Source of the DNA: Fastidiosibacter lacustris
Lineage (GTDB): Bacteria; Pseudomonadota; Gammaproteobacteria; Francisellales; Francisellaceae
Assembly: GCF_003428155.1 (NCBI RefSeq)
Contig: NZ_QLIR01000011.1
Location: forward strand, 30,001 to 62,000
Reading direction: 5' to 3'
DNA length: 32,000 nt
The translations under genes were made by a program, and so were the position numbers. The notes beneath the pieces were generated by a model, which was given only the letters and a program-made list of their open reading frames with translations, did no database searches and was not told the origin of the DNA. This document shows positions 1 through 11,634 of this stretch, piece by piece. The first letter of the stretch is position 1, and every line of letters starts with the position of its first letter.

Positions 1-489
1 TGGCTTAGTGAAAAACACGTTCAAGAATTTTATTATGGAGATGGGCTTAAAAATACGCTAAACAACCTTGAGCTTTATTGTCAGGGGGTTAATGATAATG
101 GGAGTTATACTTTCAACCAGTGGGTGGCATTTTGTAATGATAAACCGTTTGGTTTTTTAATTACCACTTTCATCAATGGACCATATGATCCAAACCATAA
201 TTATGATAAGTGGTATGTAGAAGGTAAAAAAATGTTGACGTTAGATCTTCTTATTGGTGCAAAAGAATTTCTTGACCAAGGGTTAAGTTATAAAATGATC
301 AAGGCGTTTATATTAGATCAGTTTTCAGAGGTTGATTATTTCATTATTAACCCAGAAAAAGCAAATACAAAAGCAATTTATGTTTATGAAAAACCCGGGT
401 TTAAGAGCCTTGAGGAGTTTCTCCCCACTAACAACCCTAAGCCACATTTAATGATGCGCTTAGCAGTAAAGGATTTAAAAAATGGATAG
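1..489 (+). CDS. GNAT-family N-acetyltransferase, AAC(6')-like, 5'-truncated by window edge
   Basis: Frame 1 is open from base 1 (WLSEKHVQEFYYGDGLKNTLNNLELYCQGVNDNGSYTFNQW...) and continues into the 124..489 ORF. It ends in the AAC(6')-like pattern LLIGAKEFLDQGLSYKMIKAFI...IINPEKANTKAIYVYEKPGFK. The track's start at 124 is an internal GTG. Confidence 0.8.
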   Translation, partial: WLSEKHVQEFYYGDGLKNTLNNLELYCQGVNDNGSYTFNQWVAFCNDKPFGFLITTFINGPYDPNHNYDKWYVEGKKMLTLDLLIGAKEFLDQGLSYKMIKAFILDQFSEVDYFIINPEKANTKAIYVYEKPGFKSLEEFLPTNNPKPHLMMRLAVKDLKNG

Positions 490-1480
490 ACCGTTGCAAC
501 AAGAAGAAATGAAAATATCGGTGAATGACAATATAAAAAAAGGTTCTGCCTTTGCACCTGCAACAAGTGCTAACTTTGCTGTAGGTTTTGATTTAATGGG
601 TTTTGCTATTTCAGGTGTGGGTGATATTGTGCATTTAACACGTAGAGATGATGATCAGCTTGTCATTAAAGATATTAAAGGTGTGCTTACGAAGAACGAT
701 CTAAGTTTAAATATAGATAAAAACGTCTGTGGCGCAGTAATTAAGAAATTTATAAACGACCATCATTTAAAAATAGGATTGGATATCACGATTGAAAAAG
801 GCATTCCCATTGGATCAGGTATCGGCGGGTCTGCGGCCTCATCTGTAGCGGCAATCCTAGCGGTGAATGAATTTTTACAAGCGCCATTACCAAAGGAGCG
901 TTTGATTGATTATGCTATTTATGGTGAGAGTTTAACCTCAGGGGGCGCTTATCATGGTGATAATGCCGTACCTGCAATGTTTGGAGGTTTAGTTTTACTA
1001 CAAAACTCACAGCCATGCAAGTTTATTCAACTGCCAACGCTTGAGCTTTATGCCGCTGTTGTGGTGCCAAAGCTTCAAATAGAAACAAAAGAAGCACGTA
1101 AACTCATTGATGTGCCTTTTAATATAAAAGATTTTGTTGCCCAAAGTGCAAAAACAGCAGCTGTTATTAGTGCGCTTTATGAGAAAAATATAAAAAGGTT
1201 GACAGAAAATTTTATTGATATTTTAGTAGAGCCAAAGCGTAAACTCCTAATTAGAGGCTATGATCAGGCTAAGGATAAAGCTTTAGCGCTAGGTGCTTTA
1301 GGATTTGGGATTTCTGGCTCGGGACCTGCTGTATTTGCTTTGGCTTGTGAGCGACAAACATCTACATACATTGCATCGGAATTACAACAAATTTTTCAAA
1401 AAGAGGGCTTGGATAGTCAAGCTTATGTAAATCCACTTAACGTAGAGGGTGCAAGAATAATAACGCGAGAGGAAAGATGA
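482..1480 (+). CDS. thrB: Homoserine kinase (GHMP family); start could be ATG 482 or ATG 509-512 region (MKISVNDN...)
   Basis: GHMP motif PIGSGIGGSAASSVAA, N-terminal FAPATSANFAVGFDLMGFA, C-terminal GALGFGISGSGPAVFAL. Followed by thrC with a 4-bp ATGA overlap. Confidence 0.93.
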   Translation: MDRPLQQEEMKISVNDNIKKGSAFAPATSANFAVGFDLMGFAISGVGDIVHLTRRDDDQLVIKDIKGVLTKNDLSLNIDKNVCGAVIKKFINDHHLKIGLDITIEKGIPIGSGIGGSAASSVAAILAVNEFLQAPLPKERLIDYAIYGESLTSGGAYHGDNAVPAMFGGLVLLQNSQPCKFIQLPTLELYAAVVVPKLQIETKEARKLIDVPFNIKDFVAQSAKTAAVISALYEKNIKRLTENFIDILVEPKRKLLIRGYDQAKDKALALGALGFGISGSGPAVFALACERQTSTYIASELQQIFQKEGLDSQAYVNPLNVEGARIITREER

Positions 1481-2760
1481 ATTTTATTAGTACACGAAAT
1501 AAAAACACCTTTGTCACTTTATCTGAAGCATTACAAAATGGTTTAGCATGTGATGGTGGTTTGTATGTGCCAGAGGCTTTTCCAACTTTTGATTGGCAAT
1601 CTTTAACAACAGATCTTCCTTATGCTAAATTTGCAGTTAAATTACTCGAACCTTTTTTTGCAGATGATCCGTTAAAGGATAAACTTGATCAAATCTGTAA
1701 AGAGAGTTTTAACTTTGATTTACCCTGTCTAAGACTAGATCAATATAATGCAATGTTAGAGTTGTTTCACGGACCAACACTTTCATTTAAAGATTTTGGT
1801 GCGCGATTTTTGTCAAATTGTTTAATACATATTGAAACAGACAAAAGCTTTACCATTATGGTTGCAACTTCAGGCGACACAGGATCAGCTGTTGCTTCGG
1901 CATTTTATCAAAAACCAAAGATAAAAGTGATAGTACTTTTTCCAAAAGGTAAAATATCGCTTCGTCAACAACAACAGATTACTTGTTGGCAGGATAATGT
2001 GTGTGCAGTTTCAGTAAAAGGTACATTTGATGATTGCCAGACTTTGGTTAAAGCCGCTTTTGCAGATAGTTGGTGGCAACAAAATACCTACTTAAATACC
2101 TCAAATAGTATTAATATCGGTAGGCTTTTACCTCAAACAACATATTATGCTTATGTTGCTTGGCAGTACTATTTAGAGTATGGCAAAAAAGCAAATTTTA
2201 TTGTGCCATCCGGTAATATCGGTAATGTTTGTGCATGTTTTTGGGCAAAAAAAATGGGGTTACCTATTAATGAAATTATTATAAGTCAAAATGAAAACAA
2301 TGTAATTGGGCAATTTTTGGCTCATGGAATACTACCTAATAAACATAGCATTCAAACATTTGCTAATGCGATGGACGTTGGTAAGCCAAGTAATTTTGAA
2401 CGTTTGTATGCGTTATATAATAGCGTCGAGGATTTCCGGAAAAACGTTAAAGCATTTAAGGCAACTGATCAGGATATTGTTAATATGATTAAAGCAATTG
2501 AATCAAAATACCATATGTTGATTTGTCCACATACAGCAACTGCATTTTTTGCACGCGCATATTTACCAAAAAATCAGGATTTTATCATGGTGGCAACTGC
2601 ACATCCTGCTAAGTTTGAGCAAGTTTTAGAGCCAATTATTAACAAGGAAGTTCCAGCTCCGAAAGCTTTACAAGAGCTGTTAAACCGCAAACCTCACAAC
2701 GAGGAAATTATGCCTAAACTTGAAGATTTAACTCATTTATATCAAATGTACTTTAAGTAG
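1477..2760 (+). CDS. thrC: Threonine synthase
   Basis: MNFISTRN...SLSEAL-type N-terminus, PLP-lysine region LFHGPTLSFKDFGARFL, VATSGDTGSAVASAFY, PSGNIGNVCACFWAKKMGLPI. Coupled to thrB. Confidence 0.95.
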   Translation: MNFISTRNKNTFVTLSEALQNGLACDGGLYVPEAFPTFDWQSLTTDLPYAKFAVKLLEPFFADDPLKDKLDQICKESFNFDLPCLRLDQYNAMLELFHGPTLSFKDFGARFLSNCLIHIETDKSFTIMVATSGDTGSAVASAFYQKPKIKVIVLFPKGKISLRQQQQITCWQDNVCAVSVKGTFDDCQTLVKAAFADSWWQQNTYLNTSNSINIGRLLPQTTYYAYVAWQYYLEYGKKANFIVPSGNIGNVCACFWAKKMGLPINEIIISQNENNVIGQFLAHGILPNKHSIQTFANAMDVGKPSNFERLYALYNSVEDFRKNVKAFKATDQDIVNMIKAIESKYHMLICPHTATAFFARAYLPKNQDFIMVATAHPAKFEQVLEPIINKEVPAPKALQELLNRKPHNEEIMPKLEDLTHLYQMYFK

Positions 2761-2829
2761 ATTTAAACCTCTTAATTCCTGTACACTGTTGAATATTTCC
2801 AGCGATTATTGGCTATTAAGGTGTAGAGT

Positions 2830-4302
2830 TTAAATTTCTAATTCAGGCCACAACATATCTACTTTATCGATAATATCTTGACGCATGGTGATAACTTCTC
2901 CCCATTCACGGGTTGTTTCGCCAGGTAATTTATTGGTTGCATCTAACCCCATTTTAGAACCTAAGCTTGATACTGGCGAGGCAAAATCTAAGTAGTCGAT
3001 TGGTGTGTTATCAATAAGTGTTGTGTCTCGAATCGGATCCATACGAGTCGTAATCGCCCAGATAACGTCTTGCCAAGAGCGTATATTAATATCTTCATCG
3101 ACAACAATAACAAATTTGGTATACATGAACTGACGTAAGAATGACCATACTCCCATTATTATACGTTTGGCGTGTCCTGGATACTGCTTTTTAATACTTA
3201 CTACTGCCAAGCGATAAGAGCAACCTTCTGGTGGTAGATAGAAGTCGACAATTTCAGGAAACTGTTTTTGGATAATAGGGACAAATATTTCATTAAAAGC
3301 AACACCTAAAACGGCAGGCTCATCCGGTGGGCGACCAGTATAGGTACTATGATAAATCGGATTTTTGCGATGCGTTATTTTTTCAACTGTAAAAACAGGA
3401 AAGGTTTCAACTTCATTATAATAGCCTGTGTGATCACCATATGGACCTTCTTTTGCAGTTTCATTTGGATAGATATAACCTTCCAAAATAATTTCAGCAT
3501 AGGCTGGTATCATGATGTCATCACCGTGTAGTAAAGATGGTGTGAGCTCTGTTTTACTACCGCGCAAAAGACCTGCAAAGGCATATTCAGAAAGTGTATC
3601 AGGAACTGGAGTTACAGCAGCTAAAGTTGTAGCAGGATCTGCGCCTAATGCAACACAAACGGGGAAAGGTTGATCAGGATAAGTTTTACACCATGCTTGA
3701 TAATCAAGTGCACCACCTCGATGATGAAGCCAACGCATGATAAGTTTATTTTTACCAATCACTTGTTGGCGATAGATACCTAAGTTTAAACGCTCTTTCC
3801 TTATACTATTAGTAATAGTAAGTCCCCAAGTAATAAGTGGTGCAGCATCTTTTGGCCAACAGGTTTGAATTGGCATTTGATAAAAATTAATATTATCTTG
3901 CTCAATAATTACTTCACGGCAAGGTCCATTTTTTATGACTTTAGGTGACATCTTTAATACCTGCTTGAGAATTGGCATTTTTTCCCAAGCGTCTTTTAAT
4001 CCTTTAGGTGGTTCTGGTTCCTTAAGATAGGCTAAAAGCTTACCAATTTCACGTAATTTGTTGACATCGTCTGTACCAAGAGCAAGGGCAATACGCTTTT
4101 CTGTGCCAAATAAATTTGTCAATACAGGCATGTCATAACCTTTTGGATTTTCAAATAAGAGTGCGGGACCTTTTTGGCGTAAGACGCGGGAAGAAATTTC
4201 AGTCATTTCAAGGAATGGTGAGACTTCTTTGTAAATACGTTTGAGTTCATTGCGCTCTTCAAGATAATCTAAAAAATTTCGTAAGTCTTTGTAATGAAGC
4301 AT
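2830..4302 (-). CDS. ubiD: 4-hydroxy-3-polyprenylbenzoate decarboxylase (UbiD)
   Basis: [23 protein letters not shown]...[24 protein letters not shown] is the canonical UbiD N-terminus, placing the start at 4302 rather than the track's 4410. [13 protein letters not shown] and [25 protein letters not shown] are also conserved. Confidence 0.95.
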   Translation of the reverse strand: MLHYKDLRNFLDYLEERNELKRIYKEVSPFLEMTEISSRVLRQKGPALLFENPKGYDMPVLTNLFGTEKRIALALGTDDVNKLREIGKLLAYLKEPEPPKGLKDAWEKMPILKQVLKMSPKVIKNGPCREVIIEQDNINFYQMPIQTCWPKDAAPLITWGLTITNSIRKERLNLGIYRQQVIGKNKLIMRWLHHRGGALDYQAWCKTYPDQPFPVCVALGADPATTLAAVTPVPDTLSEYAFAGLLRGSKTELTPSLLHGDDIMIPAYAEIILEGYIYPNETAKEGPYGDHTGYYNEVETFPVFTVEKITHRKNPIYHSTYTGRPPDEPAVLGVAFNEIFVPIIQKQFPEIVDFYLPPEGCSYRLAVVSIKKQYPGHAKRIIMGVWSFLRQFMYTKFVIVVDEDINIRSWQDVIWAITTRMDPIRDTTLIDNTPIDYLDFASPVSSLGSKMGLDATNKLPGETTREWGEVITMRQDIIDKVDMLWPELEI

Positions 4303-4501
4303 GTTAAGCCTAAAGATATATCTATAAAGGCGTATAGTAGCGGCTTTGAATGTAAAATCAAGGGTAAGCAATAAGAGGGAATAAAAATTTGCAATTAGTG
4401 TAGATAACATAAAAATTCATCGGTAATTATGTACAATGACTTCATTTATCAAAGTGATGTGGTTAGAATACCCCAATTTATAGCTTAATATCGTTAAGTT
4501 T

Positions 4502-4936
4502 ATGTCATTAGGAAAAGAAGATCTTAAACAAGCAGGATTAAAGATAACGCAACAAAGGCTGAAAATATTAAGAATTTTTGAAAGTTCACAGCAGCGCCAT
4601 TTATCAGCTGATGATGTGTATAAAATTCTACAACAGAACAGTGAAGACGTTGGTATTGCTACTGTCTATCGTGTATTGGCTCAGTTTGAGTCAGCAGGAA
4701 TTTTGCAACGCCTTAACCTTGGTCGTGAACAAGCGGTTTACGAGCTAGAATCAGATGATCATCACGATCATATGATTTGCGTGAAATGTCATAAAGTAGA
4801 AGAGTTTATTGATTATGTCATTGAATCAAGACAAAATAAAGCAGTCGAAGAGCTAGGTGGTAGGCTTATTGAGCATAGTTCAGTGCTTTATATTGAATGT
4901 AAAGATTGTATAGCAGCAGATCAATCAAAAAAGTAA
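4502..4936 (+). CDS. fur: Ferric uptake regulator (Fur)
   Basis: MSLGKEDLKQAGLKITQQRLKIL...HLSADDVYKIL...IATVYRVLAQFESAGI...HHDHMICVKCHKVEEF...YIECKDC: winged helix plus metal-binding His/Cys motifs. Confidence 0.93.
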   Translation: MSLGKEDLKQAGLKITQQRLKILRIFESSQQRHLSADDVYKILQQNSEDVGIATVYRVLAQFESAGILQRLNLGREQAVYELESDDHHDHMICVKCHKVEEFIDYVIESRQNKAVEELGGRLIEHSSVLYIECKDCIAADQSKK

Positions 4937-5052
4937 TAAAAAACTCATTAATGAAGTATATTTACCTAATTCAAATCATTTGCGGCTTTTATGCTAAAAG
5001 AATTGTGATGGGTTACACTTAAGCATGGTAACAGAACATACAGGGCAGAGCT

Positions 5053-5346
5053 ATGAACAAGATAGATCATGTGGCAATCGTGGTGGAAGATTTGGATACA
5101 ACGGTTCAGTGGTATTTGGCACATTTTAAGGCAAAACTTATTTATCAAGACAAGACGTGGGCAATGCTTGAGTTTGCAAATATTAAGCTTGCTTTCGTGA
5201 TATCCAATGAGCATCCAGCACATATTGCCTTTATTTCTAAGGATGCTAAACGATATGGAAAATTAAAACGTCATCGTGATGATACTTACTCATGTTATAT
5301 AAAAGATCCCTCTGGTAATGTTGTTGAGATTGTAAAATCAGAATAA
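5053..5346 (+). CDS. VOC (glyoxalase/bleomycin resistance-like) family protein
   Basis: MNKIDHVAIVVEDLDTTVQWYLAHF...ISNEHPAHIAFISKD...SCYIKDPSGNVVEIVK: VOC beta-alpha-beta-beta-beta pattern with terminal D-P-x-G-N-x-x-E. Confidence 0.85.
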   Translation: MNKIDHVAIVVEDLDTTVQWYLAHFKAKLIYQDKTWAMLEFANIKLAFVISNEHPAHIAFISKDAKRYGKLKRHRDDTYSCYIKDPSGNVVEIVKSE

Positions 5347-5426
5347 CTTTATAGTGAGATAAAACAAAATTTGCTAGCACAAGAAGATGCTTTTTGTTAT
5401 GCTTTGCCAACATTAACAATGTTTAA

Positions 5427-7094
<1,668 letters not shown>

Positions 7095-7103
7095 GGTAAC
7101 AGG

Positions 7104-7394
7104 TTAAATAAAAACCTGATAAGCTGTAGCATACTTAATTGGATCAAAGCTGTGATAGCTATAGCTAGCAACGTTTTCGATTACAAATGGATCTTGTTTT
7201 ATGAGTTGTTTAATTTCATTTAAGTCCCCACTTGCTAAAATAACCCCTCCATTTTTGTCACTGTTTGGACCAGATGCGATAAATAGACCTGCCTCATAAC
7301 CTCGATCCAGAAATTTACGATGTTTTGGACGTATTTCATCAATAATATGGGTAGGTTGAGTGTAAGTAATTATAATAATATGAGTTTGTTTCAT
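7104..7394 (-). CDS. YciI-like family protein
   Basis: Small protein MKQTHIIIITYTQPTHIIDEIRPKHRKFLDRGYEAGLFIASGPNSDKNGGVILASGD...IEQDPF-like (IKQDPFVIENVASYSYHSFDPI), typical YciI layout. Confidence 0.8.
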   Translation of the reverse strand: MKQTHIIIITYTQPTHIIDEIRPKHRKFLDRGYEAGLFIASGPNSDKNGGVILASGDLNEIKQLIKQDPFVIENVASYSYHSFDPIKYATAYQVFI

Positions 7395-7544
7395 TTTGCT
7401 TGTGGGTTTATCGTCAAGGTTATATATTGTTGAGAATATACCTTAAGAAGCTGAAAAACCATGGATTTTCTCAGAATTCAATCATGCGAAAATGAATGGA
7501 TTTTATGGTAGTGTTTTTCAATAGATAGCATTACAGCGTTATCC

Positions 7545-7577
7545 GGTTTCTCAAGCCTATTTGTCCCTTGAGTTACC
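7545..7577. repeat. Imperfect inverted repeat GGTTTCTCAAG / CTTGAGTTACC with 11-nt spacer
   Basis: Direct reading: GGTTTCTCAAG-cctatttgtcc-CTTGAGTTACC, 9 of 11 positions complementary. Lies in the intergenic interval between the YciI-like gene and purL. Confidence 0.5.
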
Positions 7578-7640
7578 ATATCGTTTAAATTGCATACATT
7601 TCTAGTTGCTAATGACTGTTAGGAATACGCTTCTAGTTTT

Positions 7641-10600
7641 TTAATTAACCCACTTGCGTGCATTCATAAACAAGCGCATCCATGGGGAGTATTCAAGGTC
7701 TTTATTGCGCCAATCAGCAGGATACCATGACATTTGGACGAGCCTAAATGCACGTTCAGGATGTGGCATCATAATCGTGACACGCCCATCTTGTGAGGTA
7801 AAACCTGTAAAACCACCTGCAGAACCATTGGGATTTAATGGATAATATTCAGTGGGATTGCTGTGGCTATCAATAAAACGTAAGGTTGTTTGTTTATTGA
7901 CTATCAACGAATTTAAATCATTTTGATGTTGATATTGAGTCCGTCCTTCTCCATGTGAGATGACGATTGGCATTTTTAAGCCTTGCATTTCTTGAAATAT
8001 AATAGAAGGTGTTTCCAATACTTCAACCATCGAAAGCCGTGCTTCAAACTGCTCAGATAGGTTTCTAACAAACCTTGGCCAATGCTCGGCACCAGGGATA
8101 ATATCTTTTAACTGCGATAGCATTTGACAGCCATTACACATCCCAACTGTGAATGTGTCGCTTCGATTAAAGAAATGTACAAACTGATCGTAGAGTTTAT
8201 TATCAAATAGAATTGACTTTGCCCAACCACCACCAGCGCCTAATACATCTCCATAAGAAAAACCACCACAAGTAGCTAAGCCTTTGAATTTATTAAGGTC
8301 AAGTCGATTGTACTGTAAATCACTCATATGGACATCAATTGCATCAAAACCACTCAAAGTGAAAGCAGCAGCCATTTCATTGTGGCTGTTTATGCCTTGT
8401 TCGCGCAAAATCGCAATTTTAGGTTTGATATTTAAATTTAAATAAGGTGCAGCAATATTTTCTTTATGGCTAAAAGGTACTTGGGCAAATAGTCCATGAT
8501 CGGTTAGACCCTTAATGAGTGTGTGTTCTTGATCGGCACATTGAGCATTGTCACGCATACGCTGAATTTGGTATGAAGTTTGTGACCACAGTGCTTGTAG
8601 TTCTGCTCTTGTAGCGCAGAAAATTTCGTCAATATCGTTGTAGATAATAAATTTCGCATCCTCAACTGAAGCATTTGGTTTACCAATTCGATGTGCTTTT
8701 AATTGGAAGCTTGTTAAAAGCTGCATAACGATATCGTGATCAATGTTGCGCGTTTGAATAACTGCACCAAGTTCTTCATTGAATAAAGCCGCATGTACAT
8801 CCTCGCCCAAAGCTTCAATATCAATATCAAGTCCACACTTAGCAGCAAACATCATTTCGCAGAGGGTCACAAATAACCCACCATCAGAACGATCGTGATA
8901 AGCAAGAATTTTATCGTCTTTAACAAGCTTATGAATAGCAGCAAAGAAGTTTTGCAAGTGTTTAGGTTCAATGTCAGGTGTTTGTTGTCCAAGTTCGTTG
9001 TAAACTTGTGCAAATGCGGAGCCACCTAAGCGATTTTTACCAATACCTAAGTCGATAAAAATTAAATCAGATTCAAAGGCTAAGCGCAATTGTGGTGTTA
9101 ATGTGCGGCGAATATCTTGTACGGGCGCAAAGGCTGTTGCAATTAATGATACAGGAGAGACCACTATTTTATCACCCTCTTCATCCTGCCACTTGGTTTG
9201 CATCGAAAGTGAATCTTTACCAACAGGAATAGTTAAGTCTAGCTGTGGACAAAATTCCATGCCGATGGTTTTAACCATCTCATATAACCTAGCATCTTCA
9301 CCTTTATGTCCACATGCTGCCATCCAATTTGCAGAAAGCTTAACGTCAGAGAGATGATAGATGTATGCTGCTGCAATGTTTGTAATTGCTTCACCAATTG
9401 TCATTCTGGCAGCGGCAGCTGGGTTCATCATCGCAAGTATGGGGCGCTCTCCCATTGCCATAGCCTCACCGTGATAATCAGTAAAACTGGCAGCTGTAAC
9501 AGCAACGTCAGCAACAGGTACCTGCCAAGGTCCCACCATTTGATCGCGCTGAGTCATGCCACCAACAGTTCTATCGCCTATAGTGATTAAGAATTTCTTA
9601 CTACCAACAGCAGGTAGGCGTAAAATGCGTTTAACTGCTTCATGCAAATTAATGCTAGAATAATCCCAGTTTGTTTTGTAATTTGGAGTTGAGCACACAT
9701 TTTTAAGAGTTTTAGGTGGTTTACCTAATAAAACAGACAGTGGCATATGGATGGGGTCAACAGCAGAAGCGCTGTCTTTTAAAATTAAGATTTGTTCTTC
9801 TATTGCTTCACCAACGATGGTATAAGGACAGCGTTCACGTTTAGCAATTTTGTCAAATAAGCTTAAATCTTTCCTTTCAATGGATAATACATATCGCTCT
9901 TGTGATTCATTGCACCATATTTCAAGTGGAGATAAGCCCTTTTCAGCAACAGTAATTTTATCTAACTCAAACACTGCACCTCGTGCGCAATCTGCAACCA
10001 ACTCAGGTAAAGCATTAGAAAGTCCACCAGCACCAACATCATGAATACTGATAATAGGATTATCTATACCCATTGACCAGCAGCTATCAATAACTTCTTG
10101 CACGCGACGTTCCATCTCAGCATTATCACGCTGCACAGAAGCAAAGTCTAATGCCTCATTCGAATGACCTGCATTAACAGAGGAGGCAGCTCCTCCCCCT
10201 AAACCAATCAGCATTCCAGGTCCTCCTAAGACAATGATTTTAGCACCAACTGGAATTTTGCGTTTTTCGATATGTTCCTCTTTGATGTTACCATAGCCGC
10301 CTGCGATCATGATTGGCTTGTGATAACCCCACACATCTCCATTAAAGGATTGCTCAAAGGTGCGAAAATAACCACATAGATTAGGGCGCCCAAATTCGTT
10401 ATTAAATGCAGCTCCACCTAATGGTGCTTCTATCATAATATCTAATGCTGAAGAAATATGTTTAGGTTTGCCGTAAGATTTTTCCCACGGTTGAATATCG
10501 TTTGGTAACAGAAGATTGGACACGGTGTAACCGGTTAAACCAGCTTTGGGTTTAGCACCACGACCTGTTGCACCTTCGTCACGTATTTCACCTCCTGCAC

Positions 10601-11528
10601 CTGTTGCTGCTCCTGGATAAGGTGCAATTGCCGTTGGGTGATTGTGAGTTTCAACTTTTATCTGAATATGGATAGGCTCTCGCTTAAAGTGATATAAACC
10701 ATTTTGATCTTTTTGCAGACGTTCAGCTGCGTACCCGGCAATTACTGCGGCATTATCATGATAAGCGGATAAAATATTTTCTTTGTGGTGATCATAAGTA
10801 TTTTTTATCATCGAAAATAAACCATTTGGTTTTGCTTGACCATCGATGATCCAATCTGCTTTAAAGATCTTATGTCGACAATGCTCAGAGTTAGCTTGAG
10901 CAAACATCATAAGCTCAACATCGGTTGGATTACGACCCAAATTTTCAAAGGCATGAGCTAAATAATTTATCTCGTCTTCCGAGAGTGCTAAACCAAGTCT
11001 ATTATTAGTGTCATTTAATGCATTTTTACCGTGTTCTAGAAGAGGGATGATTTTGAGTATCCCTTGACCATGTGTGTTAGCAAATGGATTAATAGTATTG
11101 ATGTCAAAACTAAAACTTTGCGTCATCCGATCATGTAATACAGAAGCCATTTTGTTTAAGTTTTCTTTACTTAATATAACATTGGTTTGAAGGTAATATA
11201 CAGTTCCACGTTCGACTCGTTTAAGATCAGTAAAGCCACAGTTATGGAGTATATCTGTTGCTTTGGATGACCAGGGGGAAATTGTTCCTATGCGTGGAAG
11301 GACGATCAATGAAGTCCCAGATTTATCGTTAAGCTTACCTTTATCACCATAGTCTAAAAGTGCTTCAAGTTTCTTTTGCTGTGTATCACTTAAAGTATTG
11401 GCATAATCAATAAAATGAAGATATTCAGCTTGAATATTGGTGATATTAGGTTCAATCGATTGTAATTTCTTAAGCAGTTTTTGTTGGTCAAAAGAGGATA
11501 AGGCATCGTTACCAAACATTTGTAACAT
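7641..11528 (-). CDS. purL: Phosphoribosylformylglycinamidine synthase, large PurL form; start may be 11528 or 11519 ([10 protein letters not shown]...)
   Basis: 1295 aa with synthetase motifs [11 protein letters not shown]-type ([19 protein letters not shown]), [32 protein letters not shown]-terminal GATase [12 protein letters not shown]...[10 protein letters not shown]. Confidence 0.98.
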   Translation of the reverse strand: MLQMFGNDALSSFDQQKLLKKLQSIEPNITNIQAEYLHFIDYANTLSDTQQKKLEALLDYGDKGKLNDKSGTSLIVLPRIGTISPWSSKATDILHNCGFTDLKRVERGTVYYLQTNVILSKENLNKMASVLHDRMTQSFSFDINTINPFANTHGQGILKIIPLLEHGKNALNDTNNRLGLALSEDEINYLAHAFENLGRNPTDVELMMFAQANSEHCRHKIFKADWIIDGQAKPNGLFSMIKNTYDHHKENILSAYHDNAAVIAGYAAERLQKDQNGLYHFKREPIHIQIKVETHNHPTAIAPYPGAATGAGGEIRDEGATGRGAKPKAGLTGYTVSNLLLPNDIQPWEKSYGKPKHISSALDIMIEAPLGGAAFNNEFGRPNLCGYFRTFEQSFNGDVWGYHKPIMIAGGYGNIKEEHIEKRKIPVGAKIIVLGGPGMLIGLGGGAASSVNAGHSNEALDFASVQRDNAEMERRVQEVIDSCWSMGIDNPIISIHDVGAGGLSNALPELVADCARGAVFELDKITVAEKGLSPLEIWCNESQERYVLSIERKDLSLFDKIAKRERCPYTIVGEAIEEQILILKDSASAVDPIHMPLSVLLGKPPKTLKNVCSTPNYKTNWDYSSINLHEAVKRILRLPAVGSKKFLITIGDRTVGGMTQRDQMVGPWQVPVADVAVTAASFTDYHGEAMAMGERPILAMMNPAAAARMTIGEAITNIAAAYIYHLSDVKLSANWMAACGHKGEDARLYEMVKTIGMEFCPQLDLTIPVGKDSLSMQTKWQDEEGDKIVVSPVSLIATAFAPVQDIRRTLTPQLRLAFESDLIFIDLGIGKNRLGGSAFAQVYNELGQQTPDIEPKHLQNFFAAIHKLVKDDKILAYHDRSDGGLFVTLCEMMFAAKCGLDIDIEALGEDVHAALFNEELGAVIQTRNIDHDIVMQLLTSFQLKAHRIGKPNASVEDAKFIIYNDIDEIFCATRAELQALWSQTSYQIQRMRDNAQCADQEHTLIKGLTDHGLFAQVPFSHKENIAAPYLNLNIKPKIAILREQGINSHNEMAAAFTLSGFDAIDVHMSDLQYNRLDLNKFKGLATCGGFSYGDVLGAGGGWAKSILFDNKLYDQFVHFFNRSDTFTVGMCNGCQMLSQLKDIIPGAEHWPRFVRNLSEQFEARLSMVEVLETPSIIFQEMQGLKMPIVISHGEGRTQYQHQNDLNSLIVNKQTTLRFIDSHSNPTEYYPLNPNGSAGGFTGFTSQDGRVTIMMPHPERAFRLVQMSWYPADWRNKDLEYSPWMRLFMNARKWVN

Positions 11529-11634
11529 CTTTGTACTCGTGGATGAAAGCTTAGCATGTCCTTATTTTGATAGATTTACCCCCAATTATAAAGTGCTAAA
11601 TGCGATTATTTTTTCTTGTGATTAGAAGCTTTTG

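Noticed and set aside
2306-3531. Short ORFs at 2306..2488(+) and 3349..3531(-)
   Set aside because: Alternative-frame reads within thrC and ubiD, with no supporting motif. The 3349..3531 ORF is on the minus strand like ubiD but in a different frame.
4966-5223. Minus-strand 85-aa ORF overlapping the VOC gene
   Set aside because: Composition (MCWMLIGYHESKLNIC...) looks non-native, and it overlaps a well-supported VOC protein on the other strand.
9103-10044. Plus-strand ORFs (84, 94, 64 aa) within purL, plus 7654..7845, 11437..11625 and minus 8504..8686
   Set aside because: Shadow ORFs of purL, typical of codon bias in a long conserved gene.
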